In this document: piece by piece, positions 23,701-37,227 of the stretch
Numbering within the stretch: position 1 is the first letter of the stretch
Layout: every line of letters starts with the position of its first letter
Source: Malacoraja senta
Taxonomy: Eukaryota
Direction: 5' to 3'
Assembly: GCA_038087875.1 (NCBI GenBank)
Contig: CM075990.1
Location: 4,652,001 to 4,716,000, forward strand
Length of the DNA: 64,000 nucleotides
Program-made: the position numbers and the translations under genes
Notes under the pieces: model-generated
The model's input: only the letters and a program-made list of their open reading frames with translations
Told to the model about the DNA's origin: nothing
Databases searched by the model: none

Positions 23701-26700
23701 CCCCACCCGCCCATTGTAGCGAGGGTTTACTGTACATGGATAGGAAAGATCTAGAGATGATATGGAGCACATACAAGAAAATAGGATTATCTGAGGAAGG
23801 CACCTTGATTGCCATGGATCAGTTGGGCCAAAGGGCCTGCCTCCATTCTGTGCAACTCTATGAAACTAAACGTGGACAAGGAAATCTCCTCCTGATTACC
23901 AACTACCACCTTTCCCAAGTCATCCAGCCAAGGAACAGAAGATGTCACTGGCATCACTATCAAGCGGCACGAACTTGCCAACAATCTGCTCACTAATACC
24001 CAATATGGGCTTTGCCAGGGCCACTTGGCTCCAAACCTCATCATAGCCTTCATCCAAACAGGGACCAAAGAGCAGAATTTTAGAGCTGAGGTGAAAGTGA
24101 CTGCTCGTAACATTAGGCAGCATTTGGGCCGAACGTCATCCTGGGCTCTGGGCATCTGTGCAGGAGTTCCTCAGTGCTGTGTCCTCTGGCCAACCACCTT
24201 CAACTGCTTCATCAGTCACCTTCCTTCCATAATAAGGTCAGAAGTGGGGATATTCACTCATGGACGCCATCTCTACCACGCTGCACACAGTGCTCACGCA
24301 TCTGGAAAAAAGTAACACGCCAGAATCCTGTACATTGACTTCAGCTCTGCGTTCAACACCATCATCCCACAGAGACTTGTGGAGAAACTAACCCTGCTGG
24401 GCCTCAACACCACCCTGTGTCACTGGATCTTGGACTTTCTGACAGAGAGACCGCAGTCAGTCCGTGTGGGCAAGAACACTTCAGGCTCGATCACGCTGAG
24501 CACCAGCTCACCTCAAGGCTGTGTGCTCAGCCCGCTGTTCACATTGCTCACACATGACTGTGCGGCCAGATTCAGGGACAATATGATCATAAAATTCGCG
24601 GATGACACAACAGTGGTGGGACTCATCAGCGGAGATGATGAATCAATGTACAGCGAGGAAGTAAAACAACTAGTGGACTGGTGCGGCAAAAATAATCTAG
24701 AATTAAATGTGGAAAAAACAAAGGAGATGGTTGTCGACTTCAGGAGGGCGCAGCCAAAGCATGCACCCCTTAACATCAGTGGCGCCACAGTGGAGAGAGT
24801 GGAGAGCATAAAGTTCCTCGGGGTGCAAATTACGGACAGCCTCACCTGGTCCAGAAACACCACTGGGACCGTCAAAAGGGCCCATCAGCGACTGCACTTC
24901 CTGAGGAAACTAAAACAGGCCTCACTCCCCACCAACATCCTCAGGACCTTCTACAGGGGTACAGTGGAGTCTGTACTCACGTACTGTTTAAATACGTGGT
25001 ACTCAACCTGCAACTGCTCGGACAGGAAGGCTCTGCAGAGGGTAGTGAGGGGAGCAGAGAAGATCATTGGCGTCTCCCTACCCTCGGTACAAGAACTGTT
25101 CCTGAGCCGCTGTCGGAAAAAAGCTCAAAAAATTGCCAAGGACAAAATGCACCCCCTCCACATACACCTGGATCTCCTGCCATCAGACAAGAGATATCGC
25201 AGCATCAAAGCCCGGACTACAAGACTGCTAAACAGCTTCCTGCCATATGCTGTGAGGCTGCTAAACAGCCACTCTGTACTCACAGTCACCTGATTCTGCG
25301 GCTTGGCACGGACACTATAATAACTGGCACTGGCCACTTCAATAACTGGCATTGGCCACTCAAATCAGCCACCCCGGACATGTTTATGATTGGTCTTACT
25401 GTATTTTAACGTTGTTTGTATCTATTTTAACATACTGTTCAATCAGGGACTGGATTGTTTTAGTGTTGTTATTATTATTATTATGTGTGAAATGTTTTAA
25501 ACGTCATGTGCGATGCTCCGGTATTCCCTGGGAAACGTCTTTTCGTTTTGCACTGCACAACTGTTGCTTGCAAGATGACAATAAAGGAATTGAATTGAAT
25601 TGAATTAATGTTTGCAGCTCCTCAGCTCATTTTAGTTTAGTTTATACAAATGCAGTGCGGAAACAGGTCCTTCGGCCCACCAGGTCTGCGCCGACCAGCG
25701 ATCGCTGTACACTAGCAGTCTCCTACACACTAGGGACAATTTCCTACAATTAACCTACAAACCTGTACTTCTTGGAGTGTGGGAGGAAACTGGAGCACCC
25801 GGAGAAAACGCACGCGGTCACAGGGGGAATGTACAAACTCCATAATACAGCGCCCATTGTCAGGAGGCGCTGTGAGGCAGCAACTCTACCGCTGCGACAC
25901 TATGCCTCTTCCTGGCTTAAAACATGTTTTCCTCACTTTCCCACTAACTCCTCACTTTAAACTATGTGTACTGGTTTTGGGCGGCGCGGTGGCGCATTGA
26001 TAGAGTTACTGCCTTACAGCACTTGTATCACCAGAGACCCGGTGTTCGATCCCAACTATGGGTGCTGTTCTGTATGGAATTGTTCTCCATGTGACTGTGT
26101 GGGTTTTCTCCGGGTGCTCCGGTTTCTACCCACACACCAAATGCGTACAAGTTTGTAGGTTAATTGGCTTTGGTATAATTATAAATTGTCCCTAGTGTGT
26201 GTAGGACAGCATTAATGTAAGGGGGTCTCTGGTTGGTGTGGACTCGATGGGCCGATGGGCCTATTTCTGCGATGTATCTCTAAACTACACTAAACTAAAT
26301 ATCTTTGTTGTCGGGAAATCTTTCTCATTACCCACGTTATGGTAATTCTTGTTTGGGAATAGTCATGCAGGGACGCATGCTCTGACTGGAAACCACACCT
26401 GGACATCTTTTGCATTTCATGCACCATCACATGCAACTGTCATCTTACTAAACCAGCAACATGTGGCTGTCTTGCATTGATCACATCGAATTACCTTCAT
26501 TGCTGCCTGTGCTTCTGTTTGCAGTGATTGCTGAAGTAAAGACACACCTAATTGCAATTCAATGGAATACGCACTCTTCACTTAATCCTTTATTCATGAT
26601 GGATGGCGTCACATCAGTGGAGACTGTCTTGGCTTCTCTTTCCCATCTTACATACTCTGGCTGTGGATACTGTGGCTGTGAGCTAGGACTTGATGAATAC

Positions 26701-29700
26701 GGCATCTACAAGCAGTGTATTCCATGCTTACCGAACAGTGTCCTGCGGATTTATTACAGGTAAGAGTTTTACACTTTTTTTTCTCCAAACGTCCAATTTA
26801 TCACAGAAGAAGGGAGACATTACGTGGTGTTACAATAGGTTTGCAACCGACTAAAGCAGAATTGACATCTGTGAACGATGTGTATGCAGGAATTCAAAGC
26901 GAGGGACCAAGCTGAAAAATAGATTTGGGAGAATTTTCTTCAATTAGTGCCACATTTAGTGGTTGAGGCAAACAACATGTTTAAAGGGAAGATAAATACT
27001 GATTGAATTAATACTTTATTGTCCCATGTGACAAGTCACAGTAAAATTAATTGCTTGCATACTCCAAGGTATGCAAATAGTGGGCACATAAAGGATGCTT
27101 ACTAAGTTACAAAATATCCATGCCAGATTCCCCTTGTTCTTCCCCCCTCCCCCGCGTTAGGTCCTCCTTTGTTCTCAGCCCCTCCCCCCTCTCCCCTCTC
27201 CCCCCCCCCTCACGACGGTCCCTCTACGTCGGGTCCTCCTTTGTTCCTTCCCCCGTCTGCAGCGTCCACACATCCATATGGTCCGCTCTCGTCCGTCGGT
27301 CTGCGCCATCATCGACCGCCGCACCGACCTCCCAGAGAAAAGATTACTGTGATATGGTGAAAGAGGCTTAGGGGGAGCATAAATGCTAGTATTGACAGGA
27401 AGGGTTGAATAGCCTGCCTCTGTTGTAAAAAAGTCCCCGTAATAAAACAAGATCTTCACATTTTATCATGGAATTAAAATATATCTGAACCAGTCTGAAG
27501 AAGTACCCCGACCCGAAACATCACCTTTAAGGTGGCACAGTGGCGCAGCTGGTAGAACTGGCACGAGCCAGGGACTCGGGTTCAATCCTGACCTTGACTG
27601 TTCTGTGTGTGGAGTTTGCACTTTCTCCCTATGACCGCGTGGGTTTCCTCCGGGTGCTCCGGTTTCCTCCCACATCCCCAATGAGTTACTGTAACTTGCT
27701 GTACTGTAACTTGCCCCTCATGTGTAGGGAGTGGATGAGACAGAGAGATAGCATTGAACTAATGTGAATGGATAATCAATGGTTGGTGTGAATTCAGTGG
27801 GCAGAAGGGCTACTAAAGGCTATATGTTATATAGTTTAATAGAGAATCATCGTGCAAGATTTAATTGAAACGATCGCTTGTCAATAGCATTGGCTATCCT
27901 TGATGATACTAGCAGCTGTATTCTTAAGACACAATTGTGCCTGATTATTGCGGGAAGGTTACATGTAAAGAGGTTTCACTTCCAATACTGATTTTGATTT
28001 TCCATGACAGCTTTTTTTGTTCCCTGTGTTCCCAAGTCAAAATCATTAACATAGTGAAACAAAATGAGCAATGTTGGTGCAAGCTGTAGGGAACTCCACT
28101 GTACGTTGCCCTCCTGTTCCCTACCGCTCCAGTTCCTGCTAATGATCGAATTTGCTGCCTATGTCGAAACAAGGAACTGCAGATGCTGGTTTACATAGGA
28201 AAGACACAAAGTGCTGGAGTAACTGATATGATCAGGCAGCATCTCTGAGGAGCACGGTGACGCTTCGGGTTGGAACCCTTCTTCAGACTTCTTAGTCCGA
28301 CCCTTCTGAAGAATGGTCCCGACCCGAAACAGCACCTATCCATGTTCCCCAGGGATGCTGCCTGACTCACTAAGTTACTCTAGCACTTTGTGCCTTTCCT
28401 AATTTTTCTACCTATGCCATTGGACCCTTTTTATTACATGGCTTTCAATCTTAACATCATCCCTATTATGTGGAAATTCATCAAATGCTTTTTGACATCG
28501 TATCGACCTCATTTAGAATATTTCAACAAATGATGTATCAGGTAAATGAACCATTCTATCAATAACCAGAGAGCGGTCCTGAGCTACCACCTCCCTCATT
28601 GGAGACCCTCAGACTATCTTTAATCGTTCTTTACTGGACTTTATCTTGCACTAAAAGTTATTCCCTTCCTCGTGTATCTGTACACTGTAGATGGTTTGAT
28701 TGTAATCATATATTGTCTTTCCGCTGACTGGTTAGCACACAACAAAAGCTTTTCACTGTACCTTGGTGGTACACGTGACAATAAACTACACAGCTGGATA
28801 TTTAGACTGCACTTGAACTTGAACTAATGCTGCCCTGTGTCAACTCACTTTCTGATCGATGATATTTCTTCTGATTGGCTTTCAATTTTCTCCTCTTCTG
28901 AAATTGATAGATTTTTTTATCAGGGAATGTTGTTAAGAGTTATGGAACCTGTGAAGCTAAAATGCATCAGACATAATGAATTAAATGATGGAACAAATGT
29001 GAGGGATTGAACTTCTGATCAATGTTCAGGCACGGTTTAATTGATTTCAGCAGCTCTTTGCAAAAAGGTCATTTTTCAAGTCCGTCTAGATGCTGAAGGT
29101 GACCTGGTTTCCTCCGCGTAAGATCAGAGCCAGGTTTCTGTCGCCTCAGGGGCTGTCCATGGAATACATGTTATCTCAGGAATCGCTGGGCCAGGCCTTG
29201 TGCTTGGATTCTCCCCCAATCCCTTTCGTTCGCGCAGTGATGCTACAACAACCGTGCTGCATCCATTCACTGAAGAAGGGTCTCGACCTGAAATGTCACC
29301 CATTCCTTCTCTCCAGAGATGCTGCCTGACCCCCTGAGTTACTCCAGCTTTTTATGTCTATCGTCAATGATTGTCTTGGCTGAGTTCACTCAGTTTGATT
29401 TTCTAAATTATTCTATCATAACATAAACGCCTCATATTCCGTTTTACACTGGTCGTTATTATTTAGGTAATATTCGACATAGAACCAAATTATATGTTTA
29501 GTTTCGTTTATTATTGTCACTTGTACTAAGGAACAGTGAAAAGCTTTTTGGCTGCGTGCTATCTAGTCAGAGATAAAACTATGCATGGTTACAATCAAGC
29601 AGTCGACAATGTACAGATTTGAGATAAAGGGAATAACGTTTAGTGCAAGATAAAGTCCAGTAAAGTCTAATAAAAGATAGTCTGAGGGTCTCCATTGAAG

Positions 29701-30893
29701 TAGATGTGAGGTCAGGACTCCTCTTTGGTTAGTGAGAGCATAGTTCAGTTGCCTGATAATAGCTGAACCATCCTACCATCAACTCGAGACCTGTCCATAC
29801 CAATGCATGTCAACAGTACTTTTTGACAGAAGAGGTTCCTATTAACTCTCAATCAGTCAGAAACAACATGAAATGCTTTGAAAAAAAAGACTGCTGAGGT
29901 AACCCAGAATTCGGACAGAATTGAGATGCTCTTGACCCGTTAATTAATCTAGCATCTTGTCTGTCTTTTTTGTAAACCAGCATGTGCAGTTCCTTGTATC
30001 CCTATGAACAGATTTGGCTGGAACACTCCACATTACCTGATCTATATCTTCTTTGTGTTTTACAGGCCTACGGTGCTGACATTAGCAGATGGAAATTCCA
30101 GTGTAGATGTTTCTGTCTCATCCAGACTTATGGAGAAGATATTCCTCAATATTCCTCCCTCCTCACTACACAAACCCATAGGTAACTGACCCTCTTTTGA
30201 AGGTGACTCTAGCATATTAGTAGAGTGTGTGTGCTGATAGCCAAATGCTCATCAGTCAAGCTGTGCAGCTGCATCTGTAAAATTTACCAAAGCCAAATAA
30301 CCTACAAACCTGCACGTGTTTGGGATGTGGGAGGAAACAGAAAACAGCACCCGGAGAAAACCCACGCGGTCACAGGGTGAATGTACAAACTCCACACAGA
30401 CAGTACCCGAGGTCAGGATCGAACCCGGGTTTCTGGTGCTGTGAGGCGGTGGCTCTGCCACTTGCGCCTGTTTGCTCCATTTCTTGGTGGCAGTTTGGGA
30501 GACGCCATTAGAGTAGGCGTCCGAGAGGAGTGCATGGGAAGTTCACGCCTTCGCTAGCATTGGACTATTTGTTTCCTCTCAGTGCAGTGTTCCCCTGGGG
30601 TTGTGTCTGCAGTGCCAACTGTACTGGGCCTTGGCTGCCATCAATAATCAAATTAAATGTGTCGTGTTGAATGTAATTGAGGGGTGGGACACTAAAAGGC
30701 AGTGTTTGTGTGTGTTGCAGGTCTGTTTGGCAAGGTGACGTACGGCATGGTGATAGTGGATCTGTGTCGCTCCTTGCTTGCTTATCCCGCTGACCGTTAT
30801 GTACTGACAGTGCAAAGCCAACTGCAGCTGGATGAAAACAGCATGGCCATGAAGCAGGATTTCCAACTGTTGGATTTCCACCCAGACCTGTAA
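10227..30893 (+). CDS. SHLD2: SHLD2 / FAM35A, shieldin complex subunit 2; spliced CDS of 8 coding exons (10227-11718, 17743-17850, 19115->19232 gap, 21233-21367, 22106-22312, 26525-26759, 30066-30181, 30721-30893)
   Basis: The N-terminus [14 protein letters not shown] resembles human SHLD2 (..QVHIFWGAP). OB-fold segments [71 protein letters not shown] and the C-terminal [16 protein letters not shown] are collinear with vertebrate SHLD2. All visible introns are GT-AG with compatible phases. Confidence 0.95.
12806..12833. mobile_element. 28-bp TIR-only hAT element with 8-bp TSD
   Basis: caaagatcttatag-ctataggatctctg flanked by AGCTGCAC (12798-12805, 12834-12841); same termini as the 4367-4771 MITE. 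Confidence 0.8.
13010..13750. repeat. Degenerate C-rich minisatellite (~20-bp unit, ccc(c)attcatcctgtactga-like), interrupted by a Penelope-derived repeat at ~13420-13535
   Basis: Repeated catccatcctgtact / cattcatcctgcgctgatc units. Confidence 0.75.
14601..14885 (-). mobile_element. HE1/V-SINE-like SINE
   Basis: Reverse-complement consensus, (tttag)n tail. Confidence 0.8.
16365..16850 (+). mobile_element. CR1 LINE 3' fragment
   Basis: [40 protein letters not shown]. Confidence 0.8.
17743..17850 (+). CDS. SHLD2: SHLD2 coding exon 2
   Basis: cttgcag|AT..; reads (D)[35 protein letters not shown], matching human [27 protein letters not shown]; donor T|gtgggt, phase 1. Confidence 0.88.
19115..19232 (+). 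CDS. SHLD2: SHLD2 coding exon 3 (3' end lost in assembly gap)
   Basis: ttctaaag|GG; reads (W)[38 protein letters not shown], similar to human [31 protein letters not shown]; open into the Ns. Confidence 0.85.
19233..19432. other. Assembly gap (200 N)
   Basis: Run of exactly 200 Ns. Confidence 1.
19795..20075 (+). mobile_element. Short L1-type 3' UTR/poly-A fragment inserted in a Penelope-derived repeat
   Basis: T-rich then AATAAA and poly-A, similar to the 3' ends of the other L1 copies. Confidence 0.55.
20240..20540 (-). mobile_element. HE1/V-SINE-like SINE
   Basis: Reverse-complement consensus. Confidence 0.78.
21233..21367 (+). CDS. SHLD2: SHLD2 coding exon 4
   Basis: This frame is not in the ORF track; read by hand: ttcag|AG AAC ACG TAC.. 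= (E)[45 protein letters not shown]|gtgagt; matches human [25 protein letters not shown]..QRKK. Confidence 0.9.
22106..22312 (+). CDS. SHLD2: SHLD2 coding exon 5 (207 nt, symmetric phase 1-1)
   Basis: cttag|AC CAT ATC TGG..; (D)[46 protein letters not shown]|gtgtgt. Confidence 0.92.
23381..23732. mobile_element. Tc1/mariner-pogo (Tigger-like) MITE
   Basis: Termini cggtaaaccctc.. / ..gagggtttactg followed by TA. Confidence 0.55.
24260..25605 (+). mobile_element. Rex1/Babar-type LINE, 5'-truncated RT and 3' tail
   Basis: ORF 24379-25293: [48 protein letters not shown]; tail gacaataaag(gaatt)n. Confidence 0.85.
25632..26299. mobile_element. Two HE1/V-SINE-like SINEs head-to-head (25632-25905 on -, 25979-26299 on +)
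   Basis: Consensus in opposite orientations ~75 bp apart. Confidence 0.78.
26525..26759 (+). CDS. SHLD2: SHLD2 coding exon 6 (CxxC...CxxC zinc-binding insert in the C-terminal OB fold)
   Basis: tttgcag|TG ATT GCT..; ..[37 protein letters not shown]|gtaaga (phase 2). Confidence 0.92.
30066..30181 (+). CDS. SHLD2: SHLD2 coding exon 7
   Basis: ttttacag|G CCT..; (R)[39 protein letters not shown]|gtaact. Confidence 0.9.
30721..30893 (+). CDS. SHLD2: SHLD2 last coding exon
   Basis: gttgcag|GT CTG..; (G)[59 protein letters not shown]. Confidence 0.92.
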
Positions 30894-32119
30894 GCCGTGG
30901 CCTGATCACAAACTTCAATGGTGAATTCATCCTCTCTCCCCTCCAGAAGCCAAGTGGGGTTGGGTGGGCGGGGGAGGAATGGTGGCAGAGAGTTGTCGAG
31001 GATAAGGGTCAAATTAGCTGCCATATCATCTACAAGCCATGTTGCATCCAGCAAGTGATGCCATGTTAGGGTGGCGCAGCGGTAGAGTTGCTGCCTTACA
31101 GCGCCAGAGACCCAGGTTTGATCCTGACTACGGGTGCTGACTGTATGACCCCCTGTGACAGCGTGGGTTTTCTACGGGTGCTCCAGTTTCCTCCCACACT
31201 CCAAAGACGTACAGGTTTGTAGGTTAATTTGCCTCTGTAAATTGTCCCTTGTGTGTCGAAGAAGGCCTGAGAACATTCTGTATTGTACCTTGGGCCATAG
31301 TATTGTGGCAATGTCTGGGAGAAAATGCTTCTTGGCTACAAGAAGATTCCAAGTGCAATTCAGCCTTTGGTGGCTGCTCTCAGATTAGTCTTGCAGTTCG
31401 AAGAAGGAAGAAGGGTACTGCCCGAAACTTCGCCTGACCATGTCCTCCGGAGATGCTGCCTGACCCGCTGAGTTCCTCCAGCACTTTGTGTTCTACGCAA
31501 CATTCCAGCATCTGCAGTTCCTTGTGTCTCAGACTAGTCTTTGTACCTCCGACCTAGAAAGCGACAGAAGTTTCCGATAGTGCTGAAAGTTGTGCAGTGA
31601 CCAGTCCTTCAGCTTTGTCCTGGCATCATATGTGAATACACTGGACACTGTTGCAGATTGTCAAGTAGAGGTTTTACAAAGGCATTGAAAGAAATTGTAC
31701 TTTTGTTTCATTTTATTTGTCCCTATTTTATTATTTGTAAAATGTTTAGATTTGGTGACGCACGGATTGTTTGAAAGACTAGAATAATGAAGCTAGCTAA
31801 CTGGCCTACTGGTCACTCTTCTGTTAACATGGAAAAGCACGTGCCTTCCTGATGAACTTGTCAGGCACCCTGTGCTCAACCATTATGTTTGGGCAATTGA
31901 AGGCAGTCAGTCAGGCGAACTGTGTGCAAGGATTTTCAGAACAGACCTTCGATTGTCAACGTTATTTTCAGCAGTTTCTTTGACTCTCCAGGAAAAATCT
32001 GTGTGGGACGAATATTTACTGAGATGATCTTGTTCATGAGACCAGTGTACGATCTGCCTGATCAACCTGTTTCTATGGTTACGCAGCTACTTGGCTTCAA
32101 CCTAATTTACATCCTGCTC

Positions 32120-32420
32120 GGACGGCACGGTGGCGCAGCGGGGTAGAGTTGCTGCCTTACAGCGCCAGAGACCCAGGTTCGATCCTGACTACGGGTGCTT
32201 GTCTGTACGGAGCTTGTACGTTCTCCACCTGGACCTGTGTGGGTTTTCTCCGAGATCTTCGGCTTCCTCCCACACTCCAAAGACGTACTCGTTTGTAAGT
32301 TAATTGGCTTGGCATAAATGTAAATTGTCCCTGTGTGTAGGATAGTGTTAGTGTGCGGGGATGGCTGGTCCCTGTTGACTCGGTGGGCCGAAAAGCCTGT
32401 TTCCGCACTATATCTCAAAA
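32120..32420 (+). mobile_element. tRNA-derived HE1/V-SINE-like SINE (representative full copy)
   Basis: A box tggcgcagcgg and B box ggttcgatcc, central tgggttttctcc..ctcccacactccaaagac domain, CR1-like tail gggccgaa..cctgtttcc. Confidence 0.85.
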
Positions 32421-33576
32421 AAAACTATATAAGGAGACTGGTGTTCTCCTTGTAATGCAATGGATGTAATGAATCAGGCAGCTGTATTGAATTCTCTCAA
32501 GGTGAGGACAGACAGCTTAAGTGTTTCAGATCAATCACCTCAAAACTTGTAGATATTAGTAAGCTGTATCTCAGAATACAACCTTCATATGTTAGATACA
32601 TTATTTATTGCATTAACTCTTGTTCAGTAATGAACCTGTATCCTTTTAAACAAGGCTCCTTCAAGACTATCGGGCAATAAAATCTGAATTTAACGTAAAT
32701 CACTCACATATTGTGTGTAAGTTACTGAGGAAGGTAAAGAAAATGAAACAAAAATAAGATCATGGTCTCTGCTCCGCAAACAGGAGAACCAGTTGCTTTA
32801 ACTTACAAGATGGAAAGATTGAAGGTCAATTGCAGTATATTGAGTGAAATATACAGCACAGAAACAGGCCCTTCAGCCACGAGTCCACGTTGGCCATTGA
32901 TCATCTATTCACACTAGTTCTATGTAATTCATGTCCATTTTCTCATCCACTCCCTACGTTCAGTATTAGTGGCAATCTACAGAGGCCAATTAACTTATTA
33001 AAACCTGAAACACGATTAAAACCTGCAAGTCTTTGGGGTGTGGGAGAAAACTAGAGCACCTGGAAGAAACCCACCCAGTCACAGTGAGAACGTGCAAACT
33101 CCACATAGACAGTACCTGAGGACAGGATCGAACTCGGGTCTCGGGTGCTGTGAGGGGGCGGCTCTACCAGCCGTGCCTCTACGCAGCCTCATTTGCCCCA
33201 ATTGGTCACAATGGAGAGGAAAAAACTAAATGGTGGCACTGAGGATAAAGACCACAATACAGTCGGCATTAAAGGGATGGTGAATGTAGCCACAACCAAG
33301 TGTTGTCAACGAGAACACAAGAAAAACTCCAAGGAAAACTTCAAGGATGGGTAAGACCTGTCGACATAGGCTGTTGTTAACACTGCTTTCTCCTAACCTG
33401 GTGCAGGGTCTCGATTCAAAAGATCTACGAACACTTTTTGCCTCTGCAGATGCTGTTTGACCTGCTGTGTTCTTCCAGTATTCTGCGTTTGTTCCAGATT
33501 CCACCATCTGCACTCTCTTTTGCCTTTTCACCTAAACTCTTTTGTACACAATGTACTGGAGGCCATAGGACAAGTG

Positions 33577-33892
33577 TTTAGTTTAGTTTAGAGATACAGC
33601 GCAGAAACAGGCCCTTCAGCCCACCGGGCCGTGACGACCAGCGATCCCCGCACATTAACACTATCCTACACCCACTCGGGACAATTTTTACATTTCTACC
33701 AAGCCAATTAACCAACAAACCTGTACGTCTTTGGAGTGTGGGAGGAAACCGAAGATCTCGGAGAAAACCCACGCAGTGTCACGGGGAGAACGTACAAACT
33801 CCGTACAGACAGCACCCGTAGTCAGGATTGAACCTGGGTCTCTGGCGCTGCATCGCTGTAAGGCAGCAACTCTACCGCTGCGCCACTGTGAC
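33577..33892 (-). mobile_element. HE1/V-SINE-like SINE
   Basis: Reverse-complement consensus. Confidence 0.82.
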
Positions 33893-36149
33893 CGGTGCAA
33901 TTATGTTTGATTGTTAAAATATAAAGCATTGCAAGAATCCAAAGTACAAATTTTCAATGAAATTTTTGTATGAAATAAAATGTTATTTTGTTTTTATGTT
34001 GCAGGGGTTATTGGAATTGCTCCTAGGTAATATGCAATACACAATAAGCTTCTCAGAATCCGAGGGAATTGTAGGATAAAGAAAGTATAGTTCAAATGAA
34101 CAAATTCACAATGGCCACTCAAAATAAAGCAGGTCAATAAGGTTTTATTCCAATAAATATATGGAAGAGAATAACAATGCTGGAGCTGAACAAAACATTG
34201 GCCAGACAACACAGATAATTGTATACACGTCTGGTCGCCACACTAAAGGAAGGTTACATTAGAGAGAGTGCAGAAAAGATTCACCAGGATGAATGGATAG
34301 GTGACTTTTCTCTGGAACATTGGAGGTTGAGGGAAGACATGATAGAAGTATATAAAATTATGAGAGGCATAGATAGGGCAGACAGTCAGATCATTTTTCC
34401 CAGGGTGGAAACGCCCAACGATAGAAGATACAGCTATAAGATGAGAAGGGAAAAGTTTAATGAAGATGTGTGGGACAAGTGGAATAAAAATAGAATGAAT
34501 GTAGGATTAGTACGGACACAGTGGGCCAAAGGGCCTATTTCATTGACCTCACGATTCTATGATTAGTCGATTCCCTTACAAATTCACATGCTTATAGAGT
34601 CCATGGGGCCAGAGGATGACCAGCTTCCACTCCTGTTCTCTGGGCACTGAAGTGGCTAATAATGTAGACTATGTGGACCCTACCACAAGATAGAAGGTTC
34701 TAGTCAGGATGGGCAGATGGGTGGTTTGGTAGCTGATGTACTTTGCTGTAACCAGGCTTCTGTCTCTGTACAAATTCCATTCTGTGTGGTCACGGGACAG
34801 ATTCCCACAAGTTGCCGTGTTTCGAAAGAACCTTTGACAACATCCTTGTTCATTTCCTGCACCACCTGATAATCTTTTTCCATGGTAGTGTGTGCGTGCT
34901 TCAGAGGTCTGATGTCAGGCACTTGATCGAACTGATGCTGATTCCCTCCATACCACAGAAGCCTTTGGTCTATAAGTGACCTCTCAATTACTGTACTTAA
35001 TATAGCTGTGTGGATTCTTTGGGTTTTTTTATGGTGTATAGTCATTGCTTTATTAAGAATTCTGACTCTACAACTTACTAACTTGCAAACTGTCTCTGAA
35101 TGTCCCCTTCAAAACAGAATCATGAGATCACAGAAATAGACCCTTCGTCCCACCAAGTGTAACCTAACCAAACTTCCTTCCATTGGAGCTAGCCAACCTC
35201 CCTTCCATTGACTCCATCTACACTTCTCGGCAAGGCCAGCAGCATAATCAAAGGCATGTCTCACTCCCTCTTCTCCCCTCTCCACTCAGGCAAGAGGTAC
35301 AGAAGTGTGAAAACGCACACCTCCAAATTCAGGGACGGTTTTTGGGAAGAAATCAACTGTTTTCAGACAACTGAGCCATCCTATCACCATCTGAAGGGTC
35401 CTGAGCTACTGTCTACCTACCTGGAGAACCTCGGACTATTTTAATCGGACTTTACTGGGCATTATCTCACACGTTATTCCCTTTATCATGTGTCTGTACA
35501 CTGTGGATAGCTCGATTGTAATCGTGTATAGTCTCTGAACTGACTGGTTAGCACGCAACAAAAGCATTTCACTGTATCCCAGCACAAGTGACAATAAACT
35601 AAACTAAACTAATCCCACATTAATTTGCCCCTCTCACATTAAAGCTATGCTTTAAAATATTGTCTTTTCTTACTCAGTCATGCATTATAGCCAGTTGGTT
35701 ACATCAAAGTTTCACAAAAAAAGTTTTTTGGAAGGTGAAACTCTGCAAGTTGATCTCTGCAAGTCTTGACAAGGCCTTCCCATACTGCAATTCCTCAGTC
35801 AAACTGTGGAGAAAACAGATCTCGTAATATATGTCCTTCAGTGAATCGTGTTACAGTGTGAATGGAAAGAACTTTACAACATCACTTATTCAATACAGCT
35901 TTTTATTAACTTGCTTAAAATAAAGATCCCTGGTCTCTCAGAGCATGGCGGCAGCATTTGGCAAAGGAGATTTAAATGTGCACGGAACTGGTAAAGCCGC
36001 TGCCTCACAGCACCAGAGACCTGATTTTGATTCTGGCCTTGTGCTATCTGTGTGGAGTTTGCACGTTTTGTGACCACGTGGGGTTCCTCTGGGTGCACTG
36101 GTTTCCTCCCACATCCCAAGGACGTGCAGGTTTGTAGGTTATTTGGCAA

Positions 36150-36540
36150 TTTTGGGCACCATATCGGAGGAAGGATGTGCTGGCCCTGGAGAGGGTCTAG
36201 AGGAGAATGTGTACGAGGGTCTACAAGAATGATCTCGGAAATGAGTGAGTCAACTTATGATGAGCGTTTGACGACACTGGGCCTGTACTCGCTGGAGTTT
36301 AGAAGAATGAGGGGGGACCACATTGAAACGAATCGAACAGTGAAAGGCCTGGATAGAGTGGATGTGGAGAGGATATTTTTAAGGCAGAGATAGATAGATT
36401 CTTGATTAGTACGGGTGTCAGGGGTTATGGGGAGAAGGCAGGAGAATGGGGTTAGGAGGGAGAGATATATCAGCCATGATTGAATGGCAGAGTAGACGAT
36501 GGGCCGAATGGCCTAATTCTGCTCCTATTACTTATGACCT
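36150..36540 (+). mobile_element. CR1 LINE 3' fragment
   Basis: YDERLTTLGLYSLEFRRMRGD; tail ggcctaattctgctcctat. Confidence 0.8.
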
Positions 36541-37227
36541 TAATACTGTAATCAGATCACAATGTTCAGATAGAACTTGTAATACAAACTTTATCCATGG
36601 GTCTATCGCAACTCTAGTTCCCCAGTACGATACCTGCTGCCAACACAGGCTAAATCTGATGTCTTTGCCCGTGTCAATTTACCTTTGTTCAGTAACATTT
36701 GGTTGATACAGTAGTTAGTCTATTTATTTCAATGTGGACTTAAGGTTCGAGCAAATAAATATTGATCCAAATTTATTTTCGTCCTTTCAAATTTAAATTA
36801 AACAAATGCTCAGATATATTCATTTCTTGTCCTTGATGTGTGGATTGTCGGATTCTATGTCCTATTAACACTGCTTCATTAGACACAATAAAATCATGGG
36901 CGTGTCAGGTTATCACCACAAGTAACAAATGTGATAGTCGTTGTCACACATCACATCCCATTCTCTCTCTTGGCTAAATTAACAATTCCATTATCTCTCT
37001 AATTCCTTCTCTAGTTGATGATTTCCACCATAAACCGGTTATCCCCAGCGAATGGAACTGACTGTGATGGGTTTGTTGTCTAAACCAATTAGTGTGTATC
37101 ATAAATCTTATCAGCGCATTGCCTCAGCATTTCAATCTTCCTTTATGAATGGATCTTTTCCAGCATTATCTAAAATGGCATACATATACTTTGCAAAATT
37201 GAGTCATTATCAAGACTAATCTTTAGA

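Noticed and set aside
32120..32195. tRNA-like A/B boxes (many copies)
   Set aside because: These are SINE heads followed by V-domain and LINE tail, not tRNA genes.
34704..35045. 113-aa minus-strand ORF as a possible SYT15 exon
   Set aside because: No C2-domain features; more likely decayed LINE sequence.
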